Below are positions 41,705 through 50,608 of a DNA stretch of 64,000 nt, in pieces. The first letter of the stretch is position 1, and each line of letters begins with the position of its first letter. Source of the DNA: an uncultured Gemmatimonadales bacterium (GTDB taxonomy: Bacteria; Gemmatimonadota; Gemmatimonadetes; Gemmatimonadales; GWC2-71-9); contig CAVOPE010000001.1 in assembly GCA_963697755.1 (NCBI GenBank), positions 84,912 to 148,911 on the forward strand, written 5' to 3'. The notes under the pieces are model-generated. The model ran no database searches, had not been told where the DNA came from, and was given only the letters and a program-made list of their open reading frames with translations. A program made the position numbers and the translations under genes.

Positions 41705-42698
41705 TCAGCGCCGGCCCCGGGCGCGCGATGGTATAGGCGAGCAGCAGCAGCGCGGCGACGAGGCCCGGAATCCACGCCGCGTGGCACCAGGTCCGCCGTG
41801 CGCGTCGCCGAGCTCGGGCTCCGCTTCATCGCCGCGACCAGATCGCGCACCGCGCCCGCCTGGTCCTGCGCCGTGCTGGGGACGAGTGTCCCCTCGGCTG
41901 CATCCACGATCGCGCGGAGCACGTCGTCGCGCCGCTGGGTCTGGATGACCGTCCCGTCGTCGTCGCGCTTGTACTCGACCAGCGTGCCGGCCGAGTCGCG
42001 GATCGGAATGCGCGCGGGAGTGGCGCCGCCTTCCGCCACCATGATGAGCCGGACACCCGCCTCCTTGAGCGACTCCGCTGCCCGGACGACGTCGGTCGAG
42101 CGTGTCGTGCGCCTCGCCGTCGGTGAACACGACGAGCACCCGATCCGCCGCGTCGGTCGTCGCGCCCAGGAGGTCGGCGCCCTGCGACAGGACGCTGGCG
42201 AGGCTGGTCCCGCCTTGGCTCGCCAGGTCGGGGTCCAGGGCGTCGAGGTACATCCGGATGGCACTGCCGTCCACGGTGAGCGGGGCGAGGATGTAGCTTC
42301 GGCCCGCGAAGGCGATCAGCCCGAGCCGATCGCCATCGAGGTCCTGAATCAGGCGCCGCGATTCGCGCATCGCCCGCTGCAACCGATTGGGCGCCGCGTC
42401 TTCGGCGAGCATCGACCGGCTGATGTCCACGGCGAAGACGAGGCTGAGGGCGCGCGACTCGGTGTGGATCTCCGTCCGGCCCCAGCGAGGACCCGCCAAC
42501 GCCACGACGGCGGCGAGGCCAACCAATCCCGATCACCAGCGGTCCCCACGCGCCACGCGACCGCGCCAGGCGGCCCAGCGCGGGCGACCAGCGTCGCGCC
42601 AGCCGGATCCGGCGCCGGCGGCCGAGCCACGCGGCGAATCCGAGACCCAGCCCGAGTACCGGCGCGAGGAAGAGGAGCAGCGGGACGTCGAAGGTCAT
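41705..42698 (-). CDS. batB: BatB-like VWA protein; about four frame breaks
   Basis: ATG 42698 (ATGA). The protein pieces lie in successive frames: MTFDVPLLLFLAPVLGL..GPLVIG, then LVGLAAVVALAGPRWG..FAVDISRSMLAEDAAPNRL..VVFTDGEAHDTLD, then DVVRAAESLKEAGVRLIMVAEGG..ADLVPRG, then WIPGLVAALLLLAYTIA, then probably RRGRR with the stop at 41705. Confidence 0.7.
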
Positions 42699-43669
42699 GG
42701 CACCCGGACCACGAGCGTGCTGCCCAGGAGCAGCTCGAGCGCCAGCGCGGCGAGCCCCAGGAGCACCAGCGGCCGGGTCGCTTCCTCGTAGTTGGTGTAG
42801 CGGGTCACCTCGATCGGCGTCTTCTCGAGCTGGTCGATCTGCCGGAAGATGCGGCTCAGCGCCTCGCTGTCGCGCGCGCGGAAGTAGCGCCCGCCGGTCT
42901 TGGCGGCGATCTCCCGGAGCAGCGGCTCGTCGATGCGCACCGGCAGAAGCTCATAGCGGAACCCGCCCAGCCCGCGCCCGGTCGGGATCGGCGCTTCGCC
43001 GATGGTGCCGACGCCGATGGTGTAGACCCGGATGCCGTACGCCGCGGCCGTGGCGGCGGCGGTGCGCGGGTCGATCAGGCCCTTGTTGTTCTCGCCATCG
43101 GTCAGCAGCAGGACGACCTTCGACTTGTCGGGCGCCCGCCGCAGCCGGTTGACGGCCGTGGCGAGGCCGCTCCCGATCGCGGTGCCGTCCTCGAGGCTCC
43201 CGATCCGGAGGTCCATCACCGCCTTCTCCACCACGGCGTAGTCGAGCGTCACCGGCACCTGCGTGAGCGCCTCGCCCGCGAACGCCACGAGGCCGATCCG
43301 ATCCGCCGTTCGCCCGCGGATGAAGGCCACCGCCTGGCGCTGGGCCACGACCAGCCGGTTCGACGGCGCGAAGTCCTCGGCGAGCATGCTGCTCGAAATG
43401 TCGATCGTGATCACGATCGCGATCCCCTCCTGCTTCATCTCGATCGTATCGCCGCCGATCCGAAGCCCCGCCGCGGCCACGATGAGCGCCGCCAGGCTCA
43501 CCGCCCGCAGCACCGGTGGAACGGCAACCCACCAGCGCCGGGCGCTCACCGCGGCCGGGATCGAGACGTCGCTGTAGCGTGCCGCCGGCGTCTCGCCCCG
43601 GCGGCGGCGCCACCACCAGAGGGCGAGTCCGAACAGGAGCAGCAGCAGCCACGGGCGCGTGAAGCTCAT
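42695..43669 (-). CDS. batA: BatA-like VWA protein
   Basis: 324 aa from ATG 43669. TM helices and the MIDAS motif ITIDISSSMLAEDF..LLLTDGENN. Intact. Confidence 0.85.
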   Translation of the reverse strand: MSFTRPWLLLLLFGLALWWWRRRRGETPAARYSDVSIPAAVSARRWWVAVPPVLRAVSLAALIVAAAGLRIGGDTIEMKQEGIAIVITIDISSSMLAEDFAPSNRLVVAQRQAVAFIRGRTADRIGLVAFAGEALTQVPVTLDYAVVEKAVMDLRIGSLEDGTAIGSGLATAVNRLRRAPDKSKVVLLLTDGENNKGLIDPRTAAATAAAYGIRVYTIGVGTIGEAPIPTGRGLGGFRYELLPVRIDEPLLREIAAKTGGRYFRARDSEALSRIFRQIDQLEKTPIEVTRYTNYEEATRPLVLLGLAALALELLLGSTLVVRVP

Positions 43670-44481
43670 GCCAGATCCGGGGTGAGGCGCGGGGCGAGCT
43701 CGCCGGCCCAGCGCGCCAGCCCGACCGCATCCGGGAAGGCCGTGTCGCCGAACCGGGCCTCGTCGAGCGAGCGAAGGACGTCGCCGAGCTCGGCGAGCGG
43801 CCAGTCCGCCCGCTTGGCGACGGCGCGGAGCACGTCCTCGGTGTCGAGCCCGACGTGTGCGGCCGGCATGCGCTCGGCGATGAGCGACCGGAGCCGCCCC
43901 GTCGCGACCGAGGCCACCGCCCGCGATTCGCCCGCGTCGGCCCAGCGCTCGAGCGGCGCCTCGTCCGCCGATTCGCTCCACATTGCCGGCCGCGGACGCG
44001 GGGATCCGCGCCGCCGCCACCACCAGTGGAGCGGCGCCAGCAGCAGCGCCGCCAGCACCAGGAGGACCACCAGCGGCACCGGGCTCGCGCTGGTCCGCGG
44101 GACGAAATCAGCGCGCGGCTGCGGCGCCAGCGTGGAATCGGGCGGGACGCGGGGCAGCACGCTGGCGATGGCGACTTGCACCACCTGCGACGGCAGCGAG
44201 TCCACCCGCCCCCCGGCACCGAGCACCAGCGGGCCGGGCAGGTCGATGGCGAGCGGGCCGGTCCGCCAGACCACGATCGGATAGCTCACGTCGGCCGAGT
44301 CCCCGCGCGGGGTCACCCGCGGCGGGCCGAGCCGCTCGATGGGCTCGGGCGCGTCCCAGTCGGCCGGCCGCAGGGTCGCGCCCGGCGGTACGACGACGGT
44401 GCGCCCGACCCAGATCGTGTCGCCGACCGTGGGGAGCGCCGTCGTCGAGTCCTGCGGCGAGATCACGAGTGCGAGCCTCAT
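43666..44481 (-). CDS. Bat-operon membrane protein (DUF4381-like), hypothetical
   Basis: 271 aa with a central TM helix PLVVLLVLAALLLAPLHWWW and RRRG. Occupies the usual slot between the DUF58 gene and batA. Confidence 0.55.
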   Translation of the reverse strand: MRLALVISPQDSTTALPTVGDTIWVGRTVVVPPGATLRPADWDAPEPIERLGPPRVTPRGDSADVSYPIVVWRTGPLAIDLPGPLVLGAGGRVDSLPSQVVQVAIASVLPRVPPDSTLAPQPRADFVPRTSASPVPLVVLLVLAALLLAPLHWWWRRRGSPRPRPAMWSESADEAPLERWADAGESRAVASVATGRLRSLIAERMPAAHVGLDTEDVLRAVAKRADWPLAELGDVLRSLDEARFGDTAFPDAVGLARWAGELAPRLTPDLA

Positions 44482-45365
44482 CCCCGGTGAATCCGGCGCG
44501 CCCGCTGAGCGAACGCGCGGCGCAGCGGCAGGGCGTACGGCACGCCGGTCGCGAGGTGTACCTGGTCGGCGCCCACCGCCCCGAGCGCCCGGCTCCGCTC
44601 CTCACGGCGCTGGCGCGTCAGCTCGGTCACCCGCGTGCGCACGTCCCGGCTTCCCGTGTCGACCAGCACGCGCCGGCCCGTTTCGGCGTCGAGCATCTCG
44701 ATCCAGCCGGATTCGGGCAGCTCGTGCTCGCGGGGATCGTCCACGGTGATGGCCACGACCTCGTGCCGCGCGGCCAGCCGCCGGAGCGGCCGCTCCCATC
44801 CCTCGGCGATGAAGTCCGACAGCACCACCACGATGCTCCGGTGGCGGAGGAGACGGCTCGCGTACGACAAGCTCGCGGCCAGGTTGGTGCGGCGCCCCAC
44901 GGGCTCGAAGGCGACCAGGTCGCGGATGACGCGGAGCGCGTGCCGCCGCCCCTTCCGCGGCGGGATGACGCGCTCGACCTCGTCGGCGAAGAGGAGCGCC
45001 CCGACGCGGTCGTTCTGGTGGGCCGCCGCGAGCGCCAGGACCGCCGCGACCTCGACCGCGAGCGACGCCTTGGTGATGGGCTCGCCGAACCGGGTCGACC
45101 CCGACTGGTCCACCAGGAGCATCAGCGTGAGCTCGCGCTCCTCGGTGAACGTCTTCACGTACGGGCTCCCCAGCCGGGCCGACACGTTCCAGTCGATGGA
45201 GCGGAAGTCGTCGCCCGCCTCGTACGCGCGCACTTCGGCGAACTCCATTCCCTGCCCGCGAAAGACCGAGCGGTACTCGCCCGCGAACAGCGAGCCCACG
45301 AGGCCCCGGGTGCGGAGCTCGATGGCCTTGACCTGCTTCAGGATTTCCGGGGATACGGCCGACAT
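44478..45365 (-). CDS. DUF58 domain protein (MoxR-associated)
   Basis: 295 aa, ..GEYRSVFRGQGMEFAEVRAYEAGDDFRSIDWNVSAR.., characteristic of DUF58. Confidence 0.85.
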   Translation of the reverse strand: MSAVSPEILKQVKAIELRTRGLVGSLFAGEYRSVFRGQGMEFAEVRAYEAGDDFRSIDWNVSARLGSPYVKTFTEERELTLMLLVDQSGSTRFGEPITKASLAVEVAAVLALAAAHQNDRVGALLFADEVERVIPPRKGRRHALRVIRDLVAFEPVGRRTNLAASLSYASRLLRHRSIVVVLSDFIAEGWERPLRRLAARHEVVAITVDDPREHELPESGWIEMLDAETGRRVLVDTGSRDVRTRVTELTRQRREERSRALGAVGADQVHLATGVPYALPLRRAFAQRARRIHRG

Positions 45366-45374
45366 GGTGGGGAG

Positions 45375-46355
45375 TTACGGCACCCGCAGTGCGCCGAGGA
45401 TCTTGCTCACGACGCTGTCGCTGTCCACGTCCTCCGCCTCGGCCTCGAACGTGAGCACGATGCGGTGCCGCAGCACGTCGGGCGCGAGGGCGCGGACGTC
45501 CTCCGGCACGACGTAGGCACGGCCGCGGAGATACGCGTGCGCCCGCGCCGCCTGCGCGAGCGCGATCGAGGCGCGCGGGGAGCCCCCGAACGCGATCAGC
45601 GGCGACAGCTCGGCGAGGCCGACACTGGCGGGATCACGGGTCGCGCGCACCAGGTCCACGATGTAGTCCACCACCTTCTGATCCATGTACAGCTCGGCGA
45701 TCATCGCCCGCGCCGCCAGAATCGAGGCCGGATCGAGCAGCCGCTCGACCTTGATCTCCTGGCCACCGCTCATGCGGAGCAGGACTTCCTTCTCCTCGTC
45801 TCGCGTCGGGTAGCCCACGCGCACCTTGAGCATGAAGCGATCGAGCTGGGCCTCGGGGAGCGGGTACGTTCCCTCGTTCTCGATCGGATTCTGGGTGGCG
45901 AGCACCATGAACGGCTCGTCGAGCGGGTAGGTCGTGCCGCCGATGGTGACCTGATGCTCCTGCATCGCCTCGAGCAGGGCCGCCTGGACCTTGGCCGGAG
46001 CGCGGTTGATCTCGTCGGCCAGGATGATCTGGGCGAAGAGCGGGCCCTTCTTGACGTGGAACTCCTGGGTCTTCTGGTCGTAGACCATCGTGCCGATCAC
46101 GTCGGCCGGCAGCAGATCGGGCGTGAACTGGATGCGCGAGAAGGAGGCGCGGATGATCTCGGCGAGCGTGCGCACCGCCAGCGTCTTGGCGAGGCCGGGC
46201 ACGCCCTCGAGCAGGATGTGGCCGCCGGTCAGCAGCCCGACCAGCAACCGCTCGATCATGGCGTCCTGCCCCACGATCCGGCGGGACACTTCCTTGAGGA
46301 TGCGCTGCACGGGCAGCGTCTCGGCCGGTTTGTCGGTCAGCTTCGGCGCGCTCAC
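45375..46355 (-). CDS. moxR: MoxR-family AAA+ ATPase
   Basis: 326 aa, ..GHILLEGVPGLAKT.., ..ILADEINRAPAKVQAALLEAMQE.., ..FMVLATQNPIE... Confidence 0.92.
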   Translation of the reverse strand: MSAPKLTDKPAETLPVQRILKEVSRRIVGQDAMIERLLVGLLTGGHILLEGVPGLAKTLAVRTLAEIIRASFSRIQFTPDLLPADVIGTMVYDQKTQEFHVKKGPLFAQIILADEINRAPAKVQAALLEAMQEHQVTIGGTTYPLDEPFMVLATQNPIENEGTYPLPEAQLDRFMLKVRVGYPTRDEEKEVLLRMSGGQEIKVERLLDPASILAARAMIAELYMDQKVVDYIVDLVRATRDPASVGLAELSPLIAFGGSPRASIALAQAARAHAYLRGRAYVVPEDVRALAPDVLRHRIVLTFEAEAEDVDSDSVVSKILGALRVP

Positions 46356-46436
46356 GCTCGCTGGCTCCTGAGGGTTGAATGGACGAAAGATAGTCGGGGA
46401 ACCAACCCGCTCGACGGTCGGGGGACCGGCTCGGTT

Positions 46437-47165
46437 TCATTCCCCCGGCGTCATGCGGATGGCCTTGTAGAGGGCCGCTTCCTCCCGGGGAGTCAGGGGC
46501 CGGTACCTGCCGACCGGGAGGTCGCCGAGCCGCACCGGGCCGTAGGAGAGCCGCGCCAGGCGGTCCACCTTGAGCCCCATCGCCTCCGCCCAGCGGCGCA
46601 CGATGCGGTTGCGCCCCTCCTCGAGCGTCACGTCGAGAATGCTTCGGCCCTCCGCGCCCGGCCGCACCCTGGTCTCGGACGGCACCACCGGCCGGCCGTC
46701 GATCACGGTCCGTTGCCGCACGGCGGCCGCGATCTCCCCCGTCGGCCGCCCGTGCACCAGCGCGGTGTATCGTCGTGGGATGTGGTAGCGGGGATGGGTG
46801 AGGCGGTGCACCGCCTCACCGTCGGTCGTGAGCAACAGCAGGCCCGTCGTCATCACGTCCAGCCGGCCTACGTAGGTGAGCCCGGCATTGTTGGGGATGG
46901 CGTCCAGCACGGTGGGGCGGCCTTCCTCGTCGCTCGCCGTCGTGACCACCCCGAGCGGCTTGTGAAAGGCGAGCCAGCGCCGCTCCTGCAGCTTCACCGC
47001 GCGGCCCCCCACCGTGATGCGCTGGGTCGCGGGATCCACCTTCATGCCGAGCGTCGCCACCTTCCCGTCCACCCGCACCTTGCCGTCGGTGATGAGCTCT
47101 TCCGCGGCGCGGCGTGAGGCGACCCCCGCGCGGGCGAGCGCCCGCTGGAGTCGCATCTCGGTCAC
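46437..47165 (-). CDS. pseudouridine synthase, RsuA/RluB family
   Basis: S4 domain (RLQRALARAGVASRRAAEELI) and catalytic ..YVGRLDVMTTGLLLLTTDG... GTGA overlap with the scpB stop. Confidence 0.85.
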   Translation of the reverse strand: MTEMRLQRALARAGVASRRAAEELITDGKVRVDGKVATLGMKVDPATQRITVGGRAVKLQERRWLAFHKPLGVVTTASDEEGRPTVLDAIPNNAGLTYVGRLDVMTTGLLLLTTDGEAVHRLTHPRYHIPRRYTALVHGRPTGEIAAAVRQRTVIDGRPVVPSETRVRPGAEGRSILDVTLEEGRNRIVRRWAEAMGLKVDRLARLSYGPVRLGDLPVGRYRPLTPREEAALYKAIRMTPGE

Positions 47166-47746
47166 GATTCTGCCTCGACGTAGGCGGCCGCGTCGTCGGA
47201 GCCTTCGGTGCTGGGACGATGCGGCTGCAGCGCGATCGTGAGCTCCTCCGCCCGGGGAAGGTCGGCCAGGTCCCGGAGCCCGAGCAGCTCGAGGAACATC
47301 GCGGCCGTGCCGTACAGCAGCGGGCGCCCGAGCGCCTCGCTTCGGCCGACGACCTCGATCAGCCCCCGCTCCTGCAGCGAGCGCAGGACGCCGCCCGCCG
47401 AGACGCCGCGGATCTCCTCGATCTCCGCCCGCCCGACCGGCTGGCGGTAGGCGATCACGGCCAGGGTCTCGAGTGCCGCGGCCGTCAGCTTCGGCGCGCG
47501 CACGGAGAAGTGGGCGCGCTCGATCGCCGCCGCGTGGATCGGCCGGGTCAGGATCTGGTAGCCGCCCGCCATCTCCAGCAGCTCGACGCCGTGCTGCTCG
47601 AAGTCGTAGTGCTCGCGGATCTGCTCGAGGGCGACGCGCACGTCGGCCAGGGTCGCCTCCTGGTCCAGCGTGGACAGCTCTTCGACGGTGAGCGGGCGGG
47701 CGGCGCTGAAGAGCGCGGCCTCAAGCAGCTGGGCGAGCGGGGTCAC
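47162..47746 (-). CDS. scpB: segregation and condensation protein B
   Basis: 194 aa, ..LEAALFSAARPLTVEEL.., ..LAVIAYRQPVGRAEIEEIRGV... Confidence 0.88.
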   Translation of the reverse strand: MTPLAQLLEAALFSAARPLTVEELSTLDQEATLADVRVALEQIREHYDFEQHGVELLEMAGGYQILTRPIHAAAIERAHFSVRAPKLTAAALETLAVIAYRQPVGRAEIEEIRGVSAGGVLRSLQERGLIEVVGRSEALGRPLLYGTAAMFLELLGLRDLADLPRAEELTIALQPHRPSTEGSDDAAAYVEAES

Positions 47747-48497
47747 GGGCGATCACCATCGGCGCGAACGCGGCCGGTTGTACGAGTCGGAGAGTGCCCC
47801 GCTTGGCGAGCTCCAGCAGGGCCAGGAGGGTCGACAGGACGTCCACGATGGTCGGGCGCGGGCCCAGCGCCTCGAGCCAGCCGAATTGCTCGCGCTCGTC
47901 CAGCAGCTGCTCGATGCGGCGGGTCGCGCCCTCGACGTCGAGCGGACGGGCCACCACCCGGTGCAGCACAGGCGACGGAATCGCCGCGACCACGCGCTCC
48001 ACGGCCTGCAGCATTTCGAGCAGGTCGAGGGTGAGCGGTGGCGGCGGCAGCTGGGGCGGCGGCGGCAGGTACCCCCGCGCGAACTGCTCCGCGCGGCGCT
48101 CGGCCGAGCGGCCGAGCCAGACGGCGATCTCCCGGATCTGCTGGTATTCGAGCAGCCGCCGCACCAGCTCGGCGCGCGGATCCTCCCAGCCGTCCTCCTC
48201 GCTGTGCCGCGGCAGCAGCATCTGTGCCTTGAGCCGCACGAGGCGGCTCGCCATGTCGAGGTAGTCGGCCGCCTGGTTGAGGCCGAGCTCATGGATGGCG
48301 TGGAGGAACTGGTCCGCGATCCGCGCGATCGGGATGTCGGCGATCTCGAGCTGCTCCTCGCGCAGGAGGTGGAGCAGCAGATCGAGCGGGCCGTTGAAGG
48401 CGTCGAGCTGGACGACGAAGCCCGGGCCGGCGCCGAGCGCCGTGGTCGGAGCTTCGGGCTGCGTCACTTCGGGGGCCGTCATGAGAAGATGTTCCAT
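47721..48497 (-). CDS. scpA: segregation and condensation protein A
   Basis: ..FNGPLDLLLHLLREEQLEIADIPIARI.. Start at ATG 48497 or at ATG 48482; the latter forms ATGA with the upstream stop. Confidence 0.85.
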   Translation of the reverse strand: MEHLLMTAPEVTQPEAPTTALGAGPGFVVQLDAFNGPLDLLLHLLREEQLEIADIPIARIADQFLHAIHELGLNQAADYLDMASRLVRLKAQMLLPRHSEEDGWEDPRAELVRRLLEYQQIREIAVWLGRSAERRAEQFARGYLPPPPQLPPPPLTLDLLEMLQAVERVVAAIPSPVLHRVVARPLDVEGATRRIEQLLDEREQFGWLEALGPRPTIVDVLSTLLALLELAKRGTLRLVQPAAFAPMVIARDPARPAA

Positions 48498-49138
48498 CCG
48501 TCCCCCACGCTGAAGGGCAGGATCAGCCGGAGCAGCAGGAGCATCCCGCCGCGCGCCGGCGTGAGCAGGAAGTCGATGGCGGGCCGGAACACGAACATGA
48601 GAGCGAACAGCGGCAGGTAGCCGAATCGGCCCAGGCCGCGATACCACGCCCCCGCGCGAGCGGGCAGCGCGTGATAGAGCAGATGCGAGCCGTCGAGCGG
48701 CGGGATCGGAATCAGGTTGAAGAAGCACAGCACCAGGTTGAGCCAGATGCCGTAGACCATCATGCGCTGCGCGGTGTCGAACGCCGTGGCGGCGCCGGGG
48801 AGGTGCCGCGCGATCATCCCGACCAGGACGAAGAGCACCGCGAAGACCACGGAGAGCATCAGGTTGGTGGCGACGCCCGCGGCTGAGACGATGATGTCGC
48901 CGCGGCGGTAGTTGCGGAACTTGCGCGAGTTCACCGGCACCGGCTTGGCACCGCCGAAGGTGAACCGACCTCCCGAGCCGAACCACAGCAGCGCCGGCAG
49001 GAGCAGGCTCATCCAGGGATCGATGTGGGGGACGGGATTCAGGGTGACGCGGCCGAGCGTGTAGGCCGTGTCATCGCCCTGCTGGAGCGCGGTCACCGCG
49101 TGCGCGTACTCGTGCGCGACCATGGCGAAGACCAGCAT
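48479..49138 (-). CDS. site-2 protease (M50) family membrane metalloprotease
   Basis: HEYAH (HExxH) and ..NLIPIPPLDGSH... ATG 49138 leaves only 8 residues before HExxH. The in-frame CTG 49177 would add LDAQISDFILALP. Confidence 0.75.
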   Translation of the reverse strand: MLVFAMVAHEYAHAVTALQQGDDTAYTLGRVTLNPVPHIDPWMSLLLPALLWFGSGGRFTFGGAKPVPVNSRKFRNYRRGDIIVSAAGVATNLMLSVVFAVLFVLVGMIARHLPGAATAFDTAQRMMVYGIWLNLVLCFFNLIPIPPLDGSHLLYHALPARAGAWYRGLGRFGYLPLFALMFVFRPAIDFLLTPARGGMLLLLRLILPFSVGDGWNIFS

Positions 49139-49249
49139 CGGGAGCGCGAGAATGAAATCGCTGATCTGGGCGTCCAGGGGTGCGTCCTGTTCGGTCGGGG
49201 TCGCGGAAGGTTAAGCTGCCGTCGAGAGCAAGTCAAAGCGGCTCGCCGC

Positions 49250-49278
49250 TTGACCTTGCGCTGGTCGCGGTCTATCTT
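49250..49278 (+). promoter_or_regulatory. rpsT promoter
   Basis: TTGACC (49250-49255), 17 nt spacer, TATCTT (49273-49278), about 50 nt before the rpsT start. Confidence 0.55.
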
Positions 49279-49329
49279 CCGCCCCGCGTTGTCCGATCGG
49301 ACTGTTCTGAATCCTTACCCGAGGTTGTC

Positions 49330-49587
49330 GTGCCGCGAATTCGATCCGCCAAGAAGCGCATGCGTCAGGCCAAGACCCACGCAACGCTCAACCGCACCCA
49401 GCGCAGCCAGCTGCGCACGGCTATCAAGAAGGTGCGGTCCACTGCCGGCGCCGAGGCGCAGAGCGCGTACGACGAGGCCGTGCAGCTCCTCGATCGCGCC
49501 GGCCGGAAGCGGATCATCCATCCCAATGCCGCGGCGCGGCAGAAGAGCCGCCTCGCCAAGCTGGTCAAGGGCGCGACCAAGAAGTAA
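49330..49587 (+). CDS. rpsT: 30S ribosomal protein S20
   Basis: GTG 49330 with GAGG 6 nt upstream. VPRIRSAKKRMRQAKTHATLNRTQRSQLRTAIKKV.. 85 aa. Confidence 0.9.
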   Translation: MPRIRSAKKRMRQAKTHATLNRTQRSQLRTAIKKVRSTAGAEAQSAYDEAVQLLDRAGRKRIIHPNAAARQKSRLAKLVKGATKK

Positions 49588-49612
49588 ATCGCCCCACCCC
49601 AGACGGCATGGA

Positions 49613-49640
49613 AAACGGGCCCCGGTGAAGGGGCCCGTTT
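49613..49640. terminator. bidirectional terminator hairpin after rpsT
   Basis: Perfect 11-bp stem aaacgggcccc / ggggcccgttt with a 6-nt loop, lying between convergent genes. Confidence 0.7.
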
Positions 49641-49720
49641 GCATTCCCAGCGATCGCCGCAGAAACCACTCTAATATGATCATCCAAGCCACTGTGCAGC
49701 AATGACTTGCGCCGGAAGGT

Positions 49721-50608
49721 TCAGATGCCGGCGAGCTCCGCCCCGCACCGCTCGCAGTACCACTCCGTCGGGCGGTTGAGCGTCCCGCATTCCCCGCACT
49801 TGAGCGTCTTGGCCACTCCTGCCGCGCCGGGCTTGCCTGGTGCGGTCGCCGATCCCGCGGTGGACGCAACATCGGCCGACCGTACCGACCCTCCCGCCCC
49901 CGGATTGCTTGCTCTGCGTGACGATGGGCTCGGCGGAGGCGGTGCCGGCTTCCGCTCTTCCTCGGTGGCTACGGACTTGATAAACGCGAGCTCGTCGCCG
50001 GGGGGCGTCGCGTGGACCACCTCTGGCTCCCGTCCCGGTGGCTTCGGCGGCGCCTTCGCCACGGGAGGCGGCGGCTCCTCCACCACCGGTGGCGGTTCCG
50101 GCTCGGCCACCACGGCCACGGGCGGTGGTGTTGGAGCCGGCGGCGGTGGCGCTGGTGGGGCGGGTTTCGGCGCGGCGGCGATCAGCCCCTGCACTTCCGC
50201 CAGTCGCGCAATCTCGTCGCCCACCGCCCGCAGCTCGCCGCGGAGACGGCTCAGCTGCTCGCTGCTCTGGTCGCTGATCCGCCGCCATTCGTCCTCGGTG
50301 TACTCGCCCACCGTGTGACGGACCTCCGCCTCGGCCAGTTCCTCTTCGACGTGCCGCCGGTCGTGATCGAGGCCCGCCTGGGTCCCCTTGTGACGATCGA
50401 GCTCCTCCGCAATCGTGGCCGAATGGCCGCGAAGCTGGTCGATCACCCCGCGCAGCCGCGCCTCGTAGTCCCCGCGCACTTTCGCTCGAACCGCAGGCGG
50501 CGCTTTGTCGCCGGCCGAGTCCAGGCGCGCGAGCCACTGCTCGTACTGGGCGCGCTGATGCAGCAGCCCTTCGATCGTGCTGTCAGTATCCGTGGTCGGT
50601 TTGGCCAT
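49721..50608 (-). CDS. hypothetical coiled-coil / proline-rich protein with a C-terminal zinc ribbon
   Basis: 295 aa. Helical N-terminal half, a block APKPAPPAPPPPAPTPPPV..PPPPVAKAPPKPP, and a C-terminal CGECGTLNRPTEWYCERCG (CxxC-x11-CxxC). Confidence 0.65.
   Translation of the reverse strand: MAKPTTDTDSTIEGLLHQRAQYEQWLARLDSAGDKAPPAVRAKVRGDYEARLRGVIDQLRGHSATIAEELDRHKGTQAGLDHDRRHVEEELAEAEVRHTVGEYTEDEWRRISDQSSEQLSRLRGELRAVGDEIARLAEVQGLIAAAPKPAPPAPPPPAPTPPPVAVVAEPEPPPVVEEPPPPVAKAPPKPPGREPEVVHATPPGDELAFIKSVATEEERKPAPPPPSPSSRRASNPGAGGSVRSADVASTAGSATAPGKPGAAGVAKTLKCGECGTLNRPTEWYCERCGAELAGI

Noticed and set aside
43983-47117. 1044-aa plus-strand ORF
   Set aside because: It is antisense to the DUF4381-like, DUF58, moxR and pseudouridine synthase genes. 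It has no recognisable motifs, so it is a GC-driven absence of stop codons.
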